Below are positions 54,701 to 64,000 of a DNA stretch of 64,000 bases, one piece after another. The stretch spans positions 1 through 64,000 of the IMG/VR virus record IMGVR_UViG_3300027741_000040. One strand, 5' to 3'. How positions within the stretch are numbered: position 1 is the stretch's first letter; each line of letters starts with the position of its first letter. Under the pieces are notes generated by a model. The model did no database searches, was not told the origin of the DNA, and was given only the letters and a program-made list of their open reading frames with translations. The translations under genes were made by a program, and so were the position numbers. The stretch comes from a virus.

Positions 54701-55431
54701 TAGTACCGAAACTAAATTCTGATAATTCAAAGTTTACTGACGATACCAAAGTTACAAAATATAAAATTATTGATGACTATAGCGATGCTGGTGGTTATGA
54801 TCCGGTGACCTATAAAGGAAGTATTATTAGTAAAACTCAAAAGTACAATAATAATGCATGGTCTGAAAAGGTTAAAATGAAGCAGTTTTATTTAAATTGG
54901 GCAGAAAGACAGGACTTATGGCCGGTCGGTCCTGTTGATATGAGATGGGATGAGACCAGAAGGCTATGGACTTGCAAAGAAGATCCTAAAATCTATAAGT
55001 TTGTTTATGTTACTTTGGAAGAAGATTTAGTAAAAGAACCAGACTATGATGAAACATATCCGACCAAAGCCTTCCTCGATGATATAGAGTATAGTCAAGA
55101 GCCATTGCCAAATGGATATAGAAGATTAGTATATGTTAAAGACAAAGCAGGATATACTGCTCCTAAAGGAACCAAATTATTATGTCGATATAATATTGAT
55201 AGTGGTTTTTATGAGCCTATGAGTAAGCCAATTTTGGTAGTAAAAGGAATAATAGCATCATCCAGTACTGCAACAATAGACATGCATTATATACAAGGAA
55301 GAAAATCAGGAACAATACCTACAGCTTTAGTAACTTTTGATAATCCCTTGTCATTTAGTACAGCGGTAAACGATACAGGAATTTTTACATATATCAATGG
55401 ACTATGGACATTAACGGCTAAAAAACAATGA
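48781..55431 (+). CDS. Giant tail-tip protein (~2200 aa), putative hub/Tal-like
   Basis: Likely start MPSKSC at 48781. N-terminal FLGASVANFNNSIGWG...QLTINLVDD and FSFCGLVQSW resemble hub beta-barrels; internal CPFC...CDKC zinc finger. Confidence 0.55.
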   Translation: MPSKSCSENQQKIIGQTLFLGASVANFNNSIGWGSSPSQLTINLVDDSPVLGSDTAKACGGTMVKMYPDLVEGFDTNNHYYTTTGNALYEALQPDGSALQYDPNKHDVSERMVAGKIYHRLSNTSDLFYSKYWLYSDPGFFGEKTILTPAWANQAMGVNSSGNFNQYGTTGFVTDASKFVKYDIIDTPVYFKMGDFSFCGLVQSWQTSLSNSGKGYSVTINSMQSLLNSCYIILDKFAGSIFAKKTESTYGGSPKNYLGISNVNYTGTISEGNIPNVFNVYGFLESFGFDNFGVARRNERGVQVNKILDALSVLTSSINDITGFNNLNNTQGAVKPWNDFAHKHIFSPYGRIIAKHMQVDRSDDSGINPYDGINPNFDSFGVIPPTVSMFNSNDYKCQFTLDLSEIPKLPDSFRVSEPVMSIMSLLNLIGEQIGHDIFIEAGPVYYEEARKYFNVIKVKTISRLGQPRNNIIENTINKLACKKFSISNYTLGKEKNDSPNRSMIIGANQQRLYQAKSYRLGYTQSNFILNPSNGEIINYQHLGRISSSNNNIVVGTKYYHHGKIKFPNFLSTRNPKLITYYGVRPEGSGYVPTGILAEEQEIVGSFDGYDPSWDDTNETSPSLVTNASRPSGNYLETEIIKQTGIEQNATWNNETNQRWIPIYADVICPFFGYVYDEELTIKPSDNNDFRQIRPVWFDSWTGQSCVVVRISELPEVSVELSTGYYVTSSQRCATSGSTSNPTTPIIPTWSPATGKQTIFIGGGLTGVSPIPKTQCYTEFGDPTSYEIKYIIISESEIRAALAGFDNFLVYELAKYYKPDLIETLRLSYFSKIRDRLIALGHSETEANDGATQKTNWYWNITSSNIANDELKPGFMAPDKNQGSSYIPEDALKDLQILHKFVAEIGKYYGKKYMVTAPKLASYKDDEADLILPTVAGNAYVFQGDGNFYYNYEPTNDGAWEEYGNFIDDSIVVGGTHWYALSDNGGKIKPIIGYNASSYFDYLRFSMCQLSQSGLENIRRGGRFEPMWDWEGYLLLMEKYSITCNHKDFIFPSLDYSTLASDQYVLATGYERLGTVPAVQSINDVWTSLSPPTKIPAYNAFGYPITDQTGTKMPPSGSASVAYKQKLYLNTSVEDKFIYLNPEKLASPKFLIDSPGVYLNHSSSEYAQDPNRTVIANVTIEDLLVYMKTTPPSERDTDWMRYMLNYTMPINKFTETSSTDALGSYGSSNNQSSLRIEIAPKAAHPMFAGIPIKSNQFCYGPWINNPYSEYLNFPDTLFPSGHYFSCSGDPVTGDTTLVSGDFNIDLNHAKSGCNNWIGTTEVEVIEEMAPWIYGGASQLDNAAFRHIATKINYQSIIETAQVDMPGLPLFSLGGVFNEENAGVGSSGYYKATGIDYQYSDIKYKNDLVFNMSGFTRPSVIINPISNTGINTSKFKILNAISPYAVTKGPIITNIQTSVGQGGITTTYTFRTYSRKLGLFNKEQNDIIKKNTLARFKMNKQMSDIGRQSANNLIQQRDFMDKQRLEQSMNFNTEGFRSKLFGTSPSTVFIGRSMPFIEEPKRTPKILVDYTKYSNPGDLATKPGTVSGWSGVLGPDPASTERITATPETDTEAINKLSLQGRYKTSVGLYERKEADSELNKQFGLNSAMSLDGLLSPISFYPTLRNSTFAYSLYDISTCPFCNGTKKRSIEYKQYQKDGTRTTVKKDIFCDKCSTLNNKLNATLTAKKDSKSIEKVPPYIISSGTDMNTLLNMDSNSVPMASSIPPINLITLNPIVISYGEFKNSNSQNYCGAHPDGVHDDLTSQSDGFKTVQGSGRPFIDRLRHSIEIVGRGAIPPGSYDYALESSKNFTKFNKHPTGLDKNNLDYYNKDIMVKFYRDKLEPSTTGIIPEMNYRFFALRGPLTMHGWGYDTEGYPVPNAADEPYAVDEYGRPKRFKQKIINLGSIKYGRLLEGDPFKLIGGTDDNFYTKTFNKELVPKLNSDNSKFTDDTKVTKYKIIDDYSDAGGYDPVTYKGSIISKTQKYNNNAWSEKVKMKQFYLNWAERQDLWPVGPVDMRWDETRRLWTCKEDPKIYKFVYVTLEEDLVKEPDYDETYPTKAFLDDIEYSQEPLPNGYRRLVYVKDKAGYTAPKGTKLLCRYNIDSGFYEPMSKPILVVKGIIASSSTATIDMHYIQGRKSGTIPTALVTFDNPLSFSTAVNDTGIFTYINGLWTLTAKKQ

Positions 55432-58400
55432 ATCTGATAGATGAATGTATAATATATAATAAATCATTCAAGGATGACTTAAGAAATTATGTTGTTAAGG
55501 ATACCGGTATAGAATATGATAATGGAGTATCTAAAAGATATACTATTAATTTAAATAAATTTCGACCTCTATTAGATGCTGCAGATAAGAATTATGGGAG
55601 TGGATGGTTTCCAGTATATGTGTCGGATGACACTGCTATAGATAATAAAATCCTATCTAGTAAAGGGTCATTATTAAATAGTAATAGCGGCTTGTTGAGT
55701 GGAAGAATAGGAATTGAAAATTTTATTACATTTGTTCCGGAATTCCAAAACTGGACCGTTACTCCAGAATGTAAAATGACAAGTGATTGGGTTTTGAATA
55801 GATCTCCAGTACCGCACTATTTAAATAGCGGAATATTATGTTGGGCTCAACAACTTGCTCCAACAACATACAGTGGTAATATATCGAGTTTTCCACTAAG
55901 TAGCAGAGTAAGAGAGATGAATGATGATACGACTAAAATTCATTATAGAGATAGAAAATTATTTGATACGACAAAAGATGGCAGTCTATTCAATAGTCAG
56001 AGCTCAATATCTGTAACCGGAGATATAACTTTTAGTGAAATAACAGGAATAAGCATGGTCTCTGGTACAGGGTGGGCTGATTTTGATTCTGCTGTTAGAC
56101 CAGCAATAAGCATAATAGATGAGTTTAGAAGAACAAATGTACCGACAACAGGCAGTATCGATTTATTTACTGCATCTACAGCAGACAATTTAAGGCCTAA
56201 TGCTCCAAAATATATATTGTGGATTCCAAATGGAGATTATTTTTCATACTATACGGATAAGACCGAGGCACTATCTGGCAATATCACTAAGTCTTATATT
56301 TCTCCGAGTTTATGGTCTACATATAATCAGATTTATCACATGCTGTCTATCAAACAAATCAAAACAACAAATGGTAAAAATATTAGAAAATCAAGACTAT
56401 TAAAAAAAATAGCTTCTGTTCTTAGTACTAGTCCATACATAACAGATGAGTGTATTAATGCTCTGGGCTCGCCTAAAGTACAGACTCTTATAAAAAAATG
56501 TTTGGATGCTACGGCTATAGATAATAGTGGGAATACTGTTGCTGTAGATATTTCTGACAATACAATCAAAGATATAGTAAAATTATTACATAATAAATTT
56601 GGATTATTACAAAAAATTTATGGCTATAATAATCACAATACTTTAAAAAATAATATTATTACTAATAATAGATCACTTTTTATTAAATTGATAGATAAAT
56701 ATGGTTGTAAACTTAAAATCGATCAAAATAATGAAATTTTATTAAACTATCAAAAAACATTAGACCATGGAGATAGCATAAATATAATTCAAAGTCTATA
56801 TACTCTATGTCCTAAAGAAACACAAGATACTGACGTCATTAACAATCAAACAATTAAGCTAAATCAAGTTAAGGCAAAAACAGATCTAACATCTCTCAGC
56901 ACATCGATTAAGCTGACTGCTACCGACAGCTCATTAAGAAATAAAACTACCTCTATCCCATTATATGATATCGCAGAGGTTAATCCTGGAAAAATTACTC
57001 TGAATGTATTAATGCATAGCACAACAGATGGCCAAGGCAACGACACTTCAGATAATCCAAATAATCACATATTTAAACTGACCAAAGGAGATTCAGGGAA
57101 TGAGATAGAAATACCATTCAGATGCTTGCAAAAGGTAGAAAATCCTGATGCATTAAAAAGTATTGTGTTATTTCAAAAAACAGTATCTTGTTTATGGCAA
57201 AAAATAAAAGGGGCATGTTTAAAATTTAGTGATGAAAATAAAAGCTCTAGTGCTGTTGGTTCTAGTCAATCTGATACTGATCGTACTAGATTTGATACCT
57301 CTACTTTCATAGAGCCAATAGTGTTTGTATATAAGACTGGTGAATATCAAATACAGTGTTCTTTTATTACTCCATATGGAACATTTATTAAAAGAAAAAC
57401 ATTTTTTGTTGTTGATGGTAGGGAAACAATATTTGATAGTATAGCAAACAAGCAAGTGGCCAATCCGGGCTATAATAAATATTATGATGATGCTACCAAC
57501 ACTTGGCAAGATCCTCCTCCTGTGAGTCCTTTAGAAATTGAACCAATTATTGTTAATTCAGATAAATTAAAAAATAAAATAGCTAGTTTTAAAAATGTAA
57601 TACTACATAAGCATGGAATTTTTTGGCCAATACAAACTGATCATAATATAGAAAGAGTTTTCAATGGTTCCACTGTTAAAGAAGGACTAAAAGAAAAATA
57701 TAAATTCATATTTGAACCATATTCACCAGCTAATTTTCTTCCAGTAGACTCAGGGTCTTCGCTAATAATTCAATATAACAGCCAGGACACTATTCTAAAA
57801 TTAGATAGTATAATTCTACAGAATATTCGAGATAATACTAAAGAATGCAAAACTTGCTTGAGTGTATGTCAACCAAAATTTGATGCAATTCCATCCGTAT
57901 CTTATAGCGTAACATCTGACGGATCACAATCAATACAAACTCCAATAGAAGCGTACGTTAGAACGAATAAAGCACCAGATAGTTTTGTATTAAAAGAATA
58001 TAGAAAGATATCAGGCGACCTCCCCGCCACATCTAGTGGGGTTATAAAATTTTCTTTTCCAGAAATTTCTTTAGATTTTGCTCCTCCATTAAAAGCTTAT
58101 GGAGGATATGGTGGCGAACTTTTTTCTGGTATAGGTCTGTCTATGAGCGGTCATCCTGTGAGAGGAGCTGTTCTTCCGTCTGTGACAGGCTATCCTTTGA
58201 ACTATCCTTCCGACCGTGATCGTGCAAACACCAATAAAGCTTGCTATCAAATACCAATAAGTGCCACAGGATATATTCCTTTTAGGAAAGGACTTTTCCA
58301 CCCAGCCTCTGGATTTATAATGGATACAGGTACTATCATACCAAGTGGATTTAAAAATAAGACCAGCGTATTAAAGTTTAATCCTGGAGCAAGAGATACT

Positions 58401-61400
58401 TATAGTTTTATAGGTCCTGGAATATTTAATTTCAATAATGGTCTTTCTGGTAGTGGTACTGGTTTATCTGTTAGTCCGATAACATACCAGAGTTCCATAT
58501 CATTATCAATATCTAAAAATATTCTTCCAGAAACAGCTTGTGCAGAGCCTGGTAGGAGTGAACAAGAAACAGACACGTTAAATAAACTCCATAAAGAATT
58601 CATGGATCAACAAATATATGGAAGTACAGTTCAACTAACTGGAACAAAAGCCAAATATAAAGGGTCTTTTCACGGATACCGTATACTTGAAGGAGGACAA
58701 GAAAAAAAATCAGAGCTGTCTGTATATTCTCAAGCAACCCCAGTAAATGATGAATTTGGTTTCAGTATCGATAAATCTTCCTGCTCAATAATTAGTCCAG
58801 ATAAAGATAAATCTACTTTTAATTATAGATTTGCTACTAATGGCCCTAATTATAAGATTGATAATAGTGGGCTTGATCTTAAAATTAAAGATTTAACTAT
58901 ACAAGATATAGAGATAAAACTTAATTTTTTAAATTATGTCAATCCAAAAAACTTAGTAGTCTGGTTGGATTTTTCTCCTTGTTCAGATGATATGCAAGGG
59001 ATGAGTAATCCGATAGACCTAGACAATCCCGACAGGGATCCAGGACCAGCTTGTCCATTAAAAACGCCCAAAGAATTTATGGATCAAACATTTCCCGCTT
59101 CAACATATAGCGACTATTGTTCTCCTCCATCTGTTTCTGGAACAGGTCTTCAAAAATATATCACTAATCTTCATAGTTTTAATTCTGTAGACCCTCGTTA
59201 TGAACCATTAAAATTATTATTATTTAATCAAGAATACATTCAAAATAATAAATATAATATGTCTTTGACGTTCTCTGATCATGCTTCTAAATATAGTGTA
59301 TTATTTGACGAAAACAAAATTAATGCAAGTGGGTTGGATACTCGTCAAGAGATAGTTAGAGATAACCATATTATACCACCGTCAATCAGCGCAACCGGAT
59401 TCGATGATACTGAAGCAGTAATGTATAAAAATATTATACGTACTAACAAATTAAATATTAGTAATAATAGTTTTTCTAAATTTAGGGGTTTTTCTTTATT
59501 CAAAAAAGCGCTACCCAGACTAGACCCTACTGTAAAAAACCAAACACCGTCATATGATTCTGGTGTTACATTTACATTAAATCTTATGGTATTAGATGAG
59601 CCCGAAGAGATGATGGTTTATGATAATGTTATCAACAATGAATTCATAACAAATTTTACATCATTATCTAATACTAAAACATCTTCTAATATTTATAACT
59701 CATTATGCAGTTGGGAGTTAATTCTACATACGGGGAAAAAAAACCAGTTCAAAGCCCCAATGACCAATGACCTATTTAGTTTTGGTACTTCTGATATTCT
59801 AGGGTTGTTAGACTATACAAATAAGCCCAGAATACCAGGCTATAATTTTATCTCTTACTTTCCATCAGGAGAGATAGAGAGCAATCCGTACATTAGTTAT
59901 TTTGATACATATCCTAGTGGCACATCTCTAATTCCTAGGGTTAATCAAAATGCTCCGTATGTTTATATCAATGATAGCACACTATGTCAGTCTGCCGAAA
60001 GTATCATCAGTGGAGCATCGGCTAGATTACAGCCCACAAGATTTCCAGTAGAGAGTGTTTTGATGATATTGGCAGGTATTTTGGGTGGTACGATGACGGC
60101 AAACTTAGTAGGCTTAATGGTTGCTTTAACTGCTGGATTTAATGCTGGCTATCAAGGATTATTTGATTTTTTTGCTGCTTTACGAGATGTTCAAGAAAGA
60201 GAAGGAAGATTAAGAGAGGTATATGCTCCAGATTATGATCATTTTTCTTTTGGTTCTCCAGAAAAAGTATTGTTGAATGTGAGCAAAGACGGGGGTATGT
60301 GGTATAAACTTGAAGCATCAATTTTTAAATACAAAAATACTCCGGCTTTATATGGGAATAGCTATAAGTTTATTAGATTAAAAAGAGGGAATATTCCTTT
60401 TTTTAGTGAATTTAATTTCAATACTGTTTATGGGATTAATCAGTTGGTCGATGATAGTATGCTCTCGACTCCTTATCCTATTACTCCGACTCCCAGCAAA
60501 ACCTCCAGTAATACTCCTGAGCCAAGCGGACCACCACCGTCTCCTACGCCAAGTTCAAGTCCCCTTAGTCATGCACAAATTGTTGAACGTCTTTTGTCTT
60601 ATCAAACCAAAATATCACAACTTAATGCCACGCTTGGACATAAAACCTGTTTATTTACAGATGATCTTGCTACCAAAATTAGTAATAAAAAAATTATAAT
60701 CATAAAAGGATCTTTAGCATATAATCTATTTCATATAGACGACACTATTCCATACTATAATACCACACAGAGAGATTCAACAACAGAGCCTTCTACTACT
60801 AAGATAATAAATAAAGCATTAATTTTTAAAAACAATCAACAATATTCAGTATTTGAATTAAAAGACGATATTTCGTTATATGAAGTAATAGCATGTAATG
60901 GGGACACTCTTTTGGTATTTAAGAATCATATTAGTAATTTAAGCGAAGATCCATTTGGAGTTTGGGGGTTAGAAAAATCTCCAATAGTTAGTGAGCCACC
61001 AGAGATTAAACATTCTGCTATGGGACTAGGCTCTTACGGAGACGGTTCACCATTTGCGCAAAAGTCTTTCTTAAGCTATAAACTCCAATATAATAAGCTT
61101 TATACGATACATGAAATTTTTAATAATCGTGAAAATGATAAGATTAAACAAATGCTTGTTAATTTAAAATTATCCGATAATACTGTTAGAACGGTAGGAA
61201 ATGATAATGGCATCTATGGTTACGGATATACTAATAGAGAAATAAAAGAAATTTTTGAAGATAAATACAATAATATTATTAATAAGGGATCAGATTTAGA
61301 CACCCAAGATAGCATCAACTATCTACTATATCAACTGACTAATAGTACCAGTAATATAAATGTTAATGGATATACATTTATGTTTCTAAAATCTGAGGCT

Positions 61401-63014
61401 TTTACAGACGAGGTTTTCCAAAAATCTGTGACAGAACCCGGTTCTAATGGACAAGGTCAAACAACAACCATAGACCATAAATTTGGTGATATAATTGTAC
61501 CGGAAGATTTAGTAAGAAGACCATTAATTAAGAAAATATCTGAAAGCAAGTCAACACTTATTAAAGACAGAATAGATAAAATTGAATCAAAAGAATATGT
61601 TCAATCGATAGAAGAAAATCTTGGAAATTCAGACCAAACACAAACAGATGCAATAATTGACCATGCATCATTATACTATCTAGAAAAACATTTACATGCT
61701 CTCCCATATGATCCTATAGATTGCTATAAAAAGAAGACTGTGACCGCCAGTGGGACATATACCCCAACTGAACCAGAATCTAATTGTCCAAAAAAGAAAA
61801 CAAATAAAGCTCTCAACGATCTTTATACCGAAAGAAGCACACTATTACAGGTATTAGAAATTAATAATTTGTCAATGAGCGGAATAGTGCCACTTCAACA
61901 ATTTAGTGTTAGTGGAGAACCAAATGGGGGGCCAATTTTTATTAAATTGAGTGGAATTAATGATAATTTATTTTGGATTAATATCGATCCGAAACAGTCT
62001 TGTAGTATAGCTGAAGAAATGTGTCCTAAAGTATTAAAATCATTAATATATAATTGTCTGCCATTAACTGAAACTACTTTATTTAATAATCCTAATAACA
62101 ATATTTGTCCAGGTTTCTTGCTGCGTAATCTAGAAGGAGGAGGCGTGGTTAATCTCGATTATGATAGAGACAATGTATTTAATAATCGATTTACGTCATA
62201 TCATTACACTATCCCATCAGGTACCATACAGGCCCAAAAACAAGCACTAGAAGAACAATATCCAAGTATAAATGCCTGGGCTGAATTTACTAGATATAGA
62301 ACATTTAATATTAATAGTGATCAAAATTTTGATAAAGTATGGAATGGTCCACGAGATCTACTGGTCAAAGTTCAGGAGATCTATGATATCGGTTTGCCAG
62401 AACATATGACATCGATACAAGGATTTACTCCTTCCGTTAACGACGGATCTGCGGATTATGTAGAAGCCACTGGACTTGAACTGTGTCCTCCACTAGGCCC
62501 CGGAGCTATTCGCGGAAGCGGACTACTCACTGCTCAAGGCAAGAGAGTTCCTTTGACCAGAGTTTATAATATATTCAATTTAGATGATACAACATCGTTA
62601 AAGGTACAATTTCGTAAAATCCCAAGACAATTAAGAGGTGTAGACTTATCTAACACTGTATACCGATATGGTAGGGCCGGCGTATTTAGACAAACCAATC
62701 CTGCAAACCCCCCCGGACCAACAGAAACAGATATAGTAAGCGGAGAAGGAAGTTTAAATAATCAGTTTTATGTTTGGCAATGTATAGAAAAGAATGCAGC
62801 AACCAAAAAAGCAGATATTTCGACATTACCTAATTTTTTTAAGTTACAGAATGAAATGGCATATAGGGCATTTTATGGTAGTGTAGACGGAATAGAGAAT
62901 AAATCCAGAATGCTTGAAAGTCTGTATTCTTGGGAATTAATACCATACGAATATTTTACCAAGGAGTCTTTTCAAAAACCTCCTCCCACACCAACTCCCA
63001 GTCCTAGGCCATAA
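55428..63014 (+). CDS. Giant putative tail-tip/virion protein (2528 aa)
   Basis: ATGA overlap. Contains P-domain-like edge strands (IQDIEIKLNF...NLVVWL; SWELILH), a long hydrophobic segment at about 60055-60180, and Pro/Thr linkers. Confidence 0.6.
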   Translation: MNLIDECIIYNKSFKDDLRNYVVKDTGIEYDNGVSKRYTINLNKFRPLLDAADKNYGSGWFPVYVSDDTAIDNKILSSKGSLLNSNSGLLSGRIGIENFITFVPEFQNWTVTPECKMTSDWVLNRSPVPHYLNSGILCWAQQLAPTTYSGNISSFPLSSRVREMNDDTTKIHYRDRKLFDTTKDGSLFNSQSSISVTGDITFSEITGISMVSGTGWADFDSAVRPAISIIDEFRRTNVPTTGSIDLFTASTADNLRPNAPKYILWIPNGDYFSYYTDKTEALSGNITKSYISPSLWSTYNQIYHMLSIKQIKTTNGKNIRKSRLLKKIASVLSTSPYITDECINALGSPKVQTLIKKCLDATAIDNSGNTVAVDISDNTIKDIVKLLHNKFGLLQKIYGYNNHNTLKNNIITNNRSLFIKLIDKYGCKLKIDQNNEILLNYQKTLDHGDSINIIQSLYTLCPKETQDTDVINNQTIKLNQVKAKTDLTSLSTSIKLTATDSSLRNKTTSIPLYDIAEVNPGKITLNVLMHSTTDGQGNDTSDNPNNHIFKLTKGDSGNEIEIPFRCLQKVENPDALKSIVLFQKTVSCLWQKIKGACLKFSDENKSSSAVGSSQSDTDRTRFDTSTFIEPIVFVYKTGEYQIQCSFITPYGTFIKRKTFFVVDGRETIFDSIANKQVANPGYNKYYDDATNTWQDPPPVSPLEIEPIIVNSDKLKNKIASFKNVILHKHGIFWPIQTDHNIERVFNGSTVKEGLKEKYKFIFEPYSPANFLPVDSGSSLIIQYNSQDTILKLDSIILQNIRDNTKECKTCLSVCQPKFDAIPSVSYSVTSDGSQSIQTPIEAYVRTNKAPDSFVLKEYRKISGDLPATSSGVIKFSFPEISLDFAPPLKAYGGYGGELFSGIGLSMSGHPVRGAVLPSVTGYPLNYPSDRDRANTNKACYQIPISATGYIPFRKGLFHPASGFIMDTGTIIPSGFKNKTSVLKFNPGARDTYSFIGPGIFNFNNGLSGSGTGLSVSPITYQSSISLSISKNILPETACAEPGRSEQETDTLNKLHKEFMDQQIYGSTVQLTGTKAKYKGSFHGYRILEGGQEKKSELSVYSQATPVNDEFGFSIDKSSCSIISPDKDKSTFNYRFATNGPNYKIDNSGLDLKIKDLTIQDIEIKLNFLNYVNPKNLVVWLDFSPCSDDMQGMSNPIDLDNPDRDPGPACPLKTPKEFMDQTFPASTYSDYCSPPSVSGTGLQKYITNLHSFNSVDPRYEPLKLLLFNQEYIQNNKYNMSLTFSDHASKYSVLFDENKINASGLDTRQEIVRDNHIIPPSISATGFDDTEAVMYKNIIRTNKLNISNNSFSKFRGFSLFKKALPRLDPTVKNQTPSYDSGVTFTLNLMVLDEPEEMMVYDNVINNEFITNFTSLSNTKTSSNIYNSLCSWELILHTGKKNQFKAPMTNDLFSFGTSDILGLLDYTNKPRIPGYNFISYFPSGEIESNPYISYFDTYPSGTSLIPRVNQNAPYVYINDSTLCQSAESIISGASARLQPTRFPVESVLMILAGILGGTMTANLVGLMVALTAGFNAGYQGLFDFFAALRDVQEREGRLREVYAPDYDHFSFGSPEKVLLNVSKDGGMWYKLEASIFKYKNTPALYGNSYKFIRLKRGNIPFFSEFNFNTVYGINQLVDDSMLSTPYPITPTPSKTSSNTPEPSGPPPSPTPSSSPLSHAQIVERLLSYQTKISQLNATLGHKTCLFTDDLATKISNKKIIIIKGSLAYNLFHIDDTIPYYNTTQRDSTTEPSTTKIINKALIFKNNQQYSVFELKDDISLYEVIACNGDTLLVFKNHISNLSEDPFGVWGLEKSPIVSEPPEIKHSAMGLGSYGDGSPFAQKSFLSYKLQYNKLYTIHEIFNNRENDKIKQMLVNLKLSDNTVRTVGNDNGIYGYGYTNREIKEIFEDKYNNIINKGSDLDTQDSINYLLYQLTNSTSNINVNGYTFMFLKSEAFTDEVFQKSVTEPGSNGQGQTTTIDHKFGDIIVPEDLVRRPLIKKISESKSTLIKDRIDKIESKEYVQSIEENLGNSDQTQTDAIIDHASLYYLEKHLHALPYDPIDCYKKKTVTASGTYTPTEPESNCPKKKTNKALNDLYTERSTLLQVLEINNLSMSGIVPLQQFSVSGEPNGGPIFIKLSGINDNLFWINIDPKQSCSIAEEMCPKVLKSLIYNCLPLTETTLFNNPNNNICPGFLLRNLEGGGVVNLDYDRDNVFNNRFTSYHYTIPSGTIQAQKQALEEQYPSINAWAEFTRYRTFNINSDQNFDKVWNGPRDLLVKVQEIYDIGLPEHMTSIQGFTPSVNDGSADYVEATGLELCPPLGPGAIRGSGLLTAQGKRVPLTRVYNIFNLDDTTSLKVQFRKIPRQLRGVDLSNTVYRYGRAGVFRQTNPANPPGPTETDIVSGEGSLNNQFYVWQCIEKNAATKKADISTLPNFFKLQNEMAYRAFYGSVDGIENKSRMLESLYSWELIPYEYFTKESFQKPPPTPTPSPRP

Positions 63015-63017
63015 TAT

Positions 63018-63371
63018 ATGTTTTGTAATTTTATAGCTATAGATATAGGTATTTTTAAATGCACTAATTGTGATACTATTATTAGTACTAACGATGGTAT
63101 CGAAGATATTCCAGTGTTCCCTTGTAGAGCATCTTTGGTAAGACAAGATGATAACGTATTTCTTGAATCAATAAAAACTCTTAGTTTTGAATCAGAAAAA
63201 CAAAAATGCAGCGACCTAGAAATTCTAAATCGCCACAATATTTGTATGATATGTCCAGAATTTAAAGACGACGCTTGTTCTCAGTGCGGATGCAGGATCA
63301 CTAGAAACAAAGAGTTTGCTAATAAATTATTATGGAAAGATGAAAAATGTCCACTAGACAAATGGACTTAG
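63018..63371 (+). CDS. Small Cys-rich protein (DUF6171-like C-terminus)
   Basis: R..IC..CP.....C..CGC......KL.W..EKCPL.KW pattern. Confidence 0.55.
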   Translation: MFCNFIAIDIGIFKCTNCDTIISTNDGIEDIPVFPCRASLVRQDDNVFLESIKTLSFESEKQKCSDLEILNRHNICMICPEFKDDACSQCGCRITRNKEFANKLLWKDEKCPLDKWT

Positions 63372-63704
63372 TCATTTATCTTTAGAGTCTTTACCCGACC
63401 ACTTATACCATCCTCTATTTGGAAGATATGTTCCATCATCATCTTTTCTCTTTGGAAAGAGAGTCCCTCCCTTTTTGTGTTGTCCAAAAGAAAGTACGGC
63501 TCCACAATCATTACATTTTAATTCATAATAATCGTTGCCTTCCACATTTCTGCAAACATACTTTATGCTGGTCTTATTGCACAAACCACATTTGTCCTCA
63601 CTAAAGATTTCTTGAATTGTAGCGAGTTCTTTAAAGACTTCTTTTTGTCCTGTTCCTTCTAATTCAAACTGTAATTTATCATTAGCTCTGTATAGAATTT
63701 TCAT
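63372..63704 (-). CDS. Zinc-ribbon hypothetical protein
   Basis: CGLC...CNDCGA; likely start MKILY at 63704, right after the upstream stop. Confidence 0.6.
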   Translation of the reverse strand: MKILYRANDKLQFELEGTGQKEVFKELATIQEIFSEDKCGLCNKTSIKYVCRNVEGNDYYELKCNDCGAVLSFGQHKKGGTLFPKRKDDDGTYLPNRGWYKWSGKDSKDK

Positions 63705-63706
63705 AA

Positions 63707-64000
63707 TTATTTCCATTCGTTAGTATAGCCTAATAAATCTTCGGATATGCCACTCATATCCTGTTGATATTTAGACAGCTGCCTAATTATTCCAATGGCA
63801 TCTTCATGATTTAGGCCGTAAACATTATTTTTATCCAAATTGCCTATCTCCAAGAGTTTGCTTACATTAATATTAAGTCTTTTACTCATAACGTCAATGA
63901 AATTAATCTGATTATTGCTAATTTTAGATACGGTATTCTGATCTGGATGATCATCCACTTCAGCCGCAATTTCTTCAGCAGCAACAACTTTTCTAAGCTT
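63707..64000 (-). CDS. C-terminal part of a hypothetical protein, possibly Rad52/SSAP-like (5' end lies outside the window)
   Basis: The frame is open to the window end, reading KLRKVVAAEEIAAEVDDHP... The 'LRK..AAEE' followed by a helical tail is weakly reminiscent of single-strand annealing proteins. Confidence 0.35.
   Translation of the reverse strand, partial: KLRKVVAAEEIAAEVDDHPDQNTVSKISNNQINFIDVMSKRLNINVSKLLEIGNLDKNNVYGLNHEDAIGIIRQLSKYQQDMSGISEDLLGYTNEWK

Noticed and set aside
1-64000. Stop-codon reassignment (seen in some large phages)
   Set aside because: Coding density is near complete under code 11, and TAA, TAG and TGA all terminate well-coupled genes.
1-64000. tRNA, rRNA or structured ncRNA genes
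   Set aside because: Intergenic gaps are under about 100 nt and none showed cloverleaf or other recognisable RNA motifs by eye.

Overview
This 64 kb window is the virion morphogenesis (neck and tail) region of a large, AT-rich tailed bacteriophage. It is probably siphovirus-like, since there is a TP901-type tape measure and no recognisable sheath gene. Almost all of it is one + strand gene cluster. In order: tail-fibre/adhesin-like genes (1-4.8 kb), head-tail joining genes (4.9-8.7 kb), three tandem tail-tube-like paralogs (9.5-13.1 kb), two paralogous chaperone-like genes, a 5198-aa tape measure protein (TMP), multi-domain adhesins (31-44.6 kb), two paralogous distal-tail-like proteins, and two giant tail-tip proteins. 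A convergent - strand operon ends at 63372. The standout feature is the TMP. Between its helical segments it carries about 1,700 aa of enzyme domains with recognisable catalytic motifs: three PD-(D/E)xK nuclease-like domains, an ADP-ribosyltransferase, a P-loop kinase, a HIGH-family nucleotidyltransferase and a HAD phosphatase. These blocks are delimited by repeated (F/Y/L)xxGG and DTVPAMLTPGEFV motifs, which suggests an injected, modular and possibly processed effector polyprotein. Also notable: a circularly permuted FGE-sulfatase/C-type-lectin domain inside a fibre protein, a recurring intergenic GGTGTAT candidate late promoter, a hairpin terminator just before the TMP, and high-GC patches that suggest recent module capture. 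All domain calls come from motif recognition by eye; no database searches were run.
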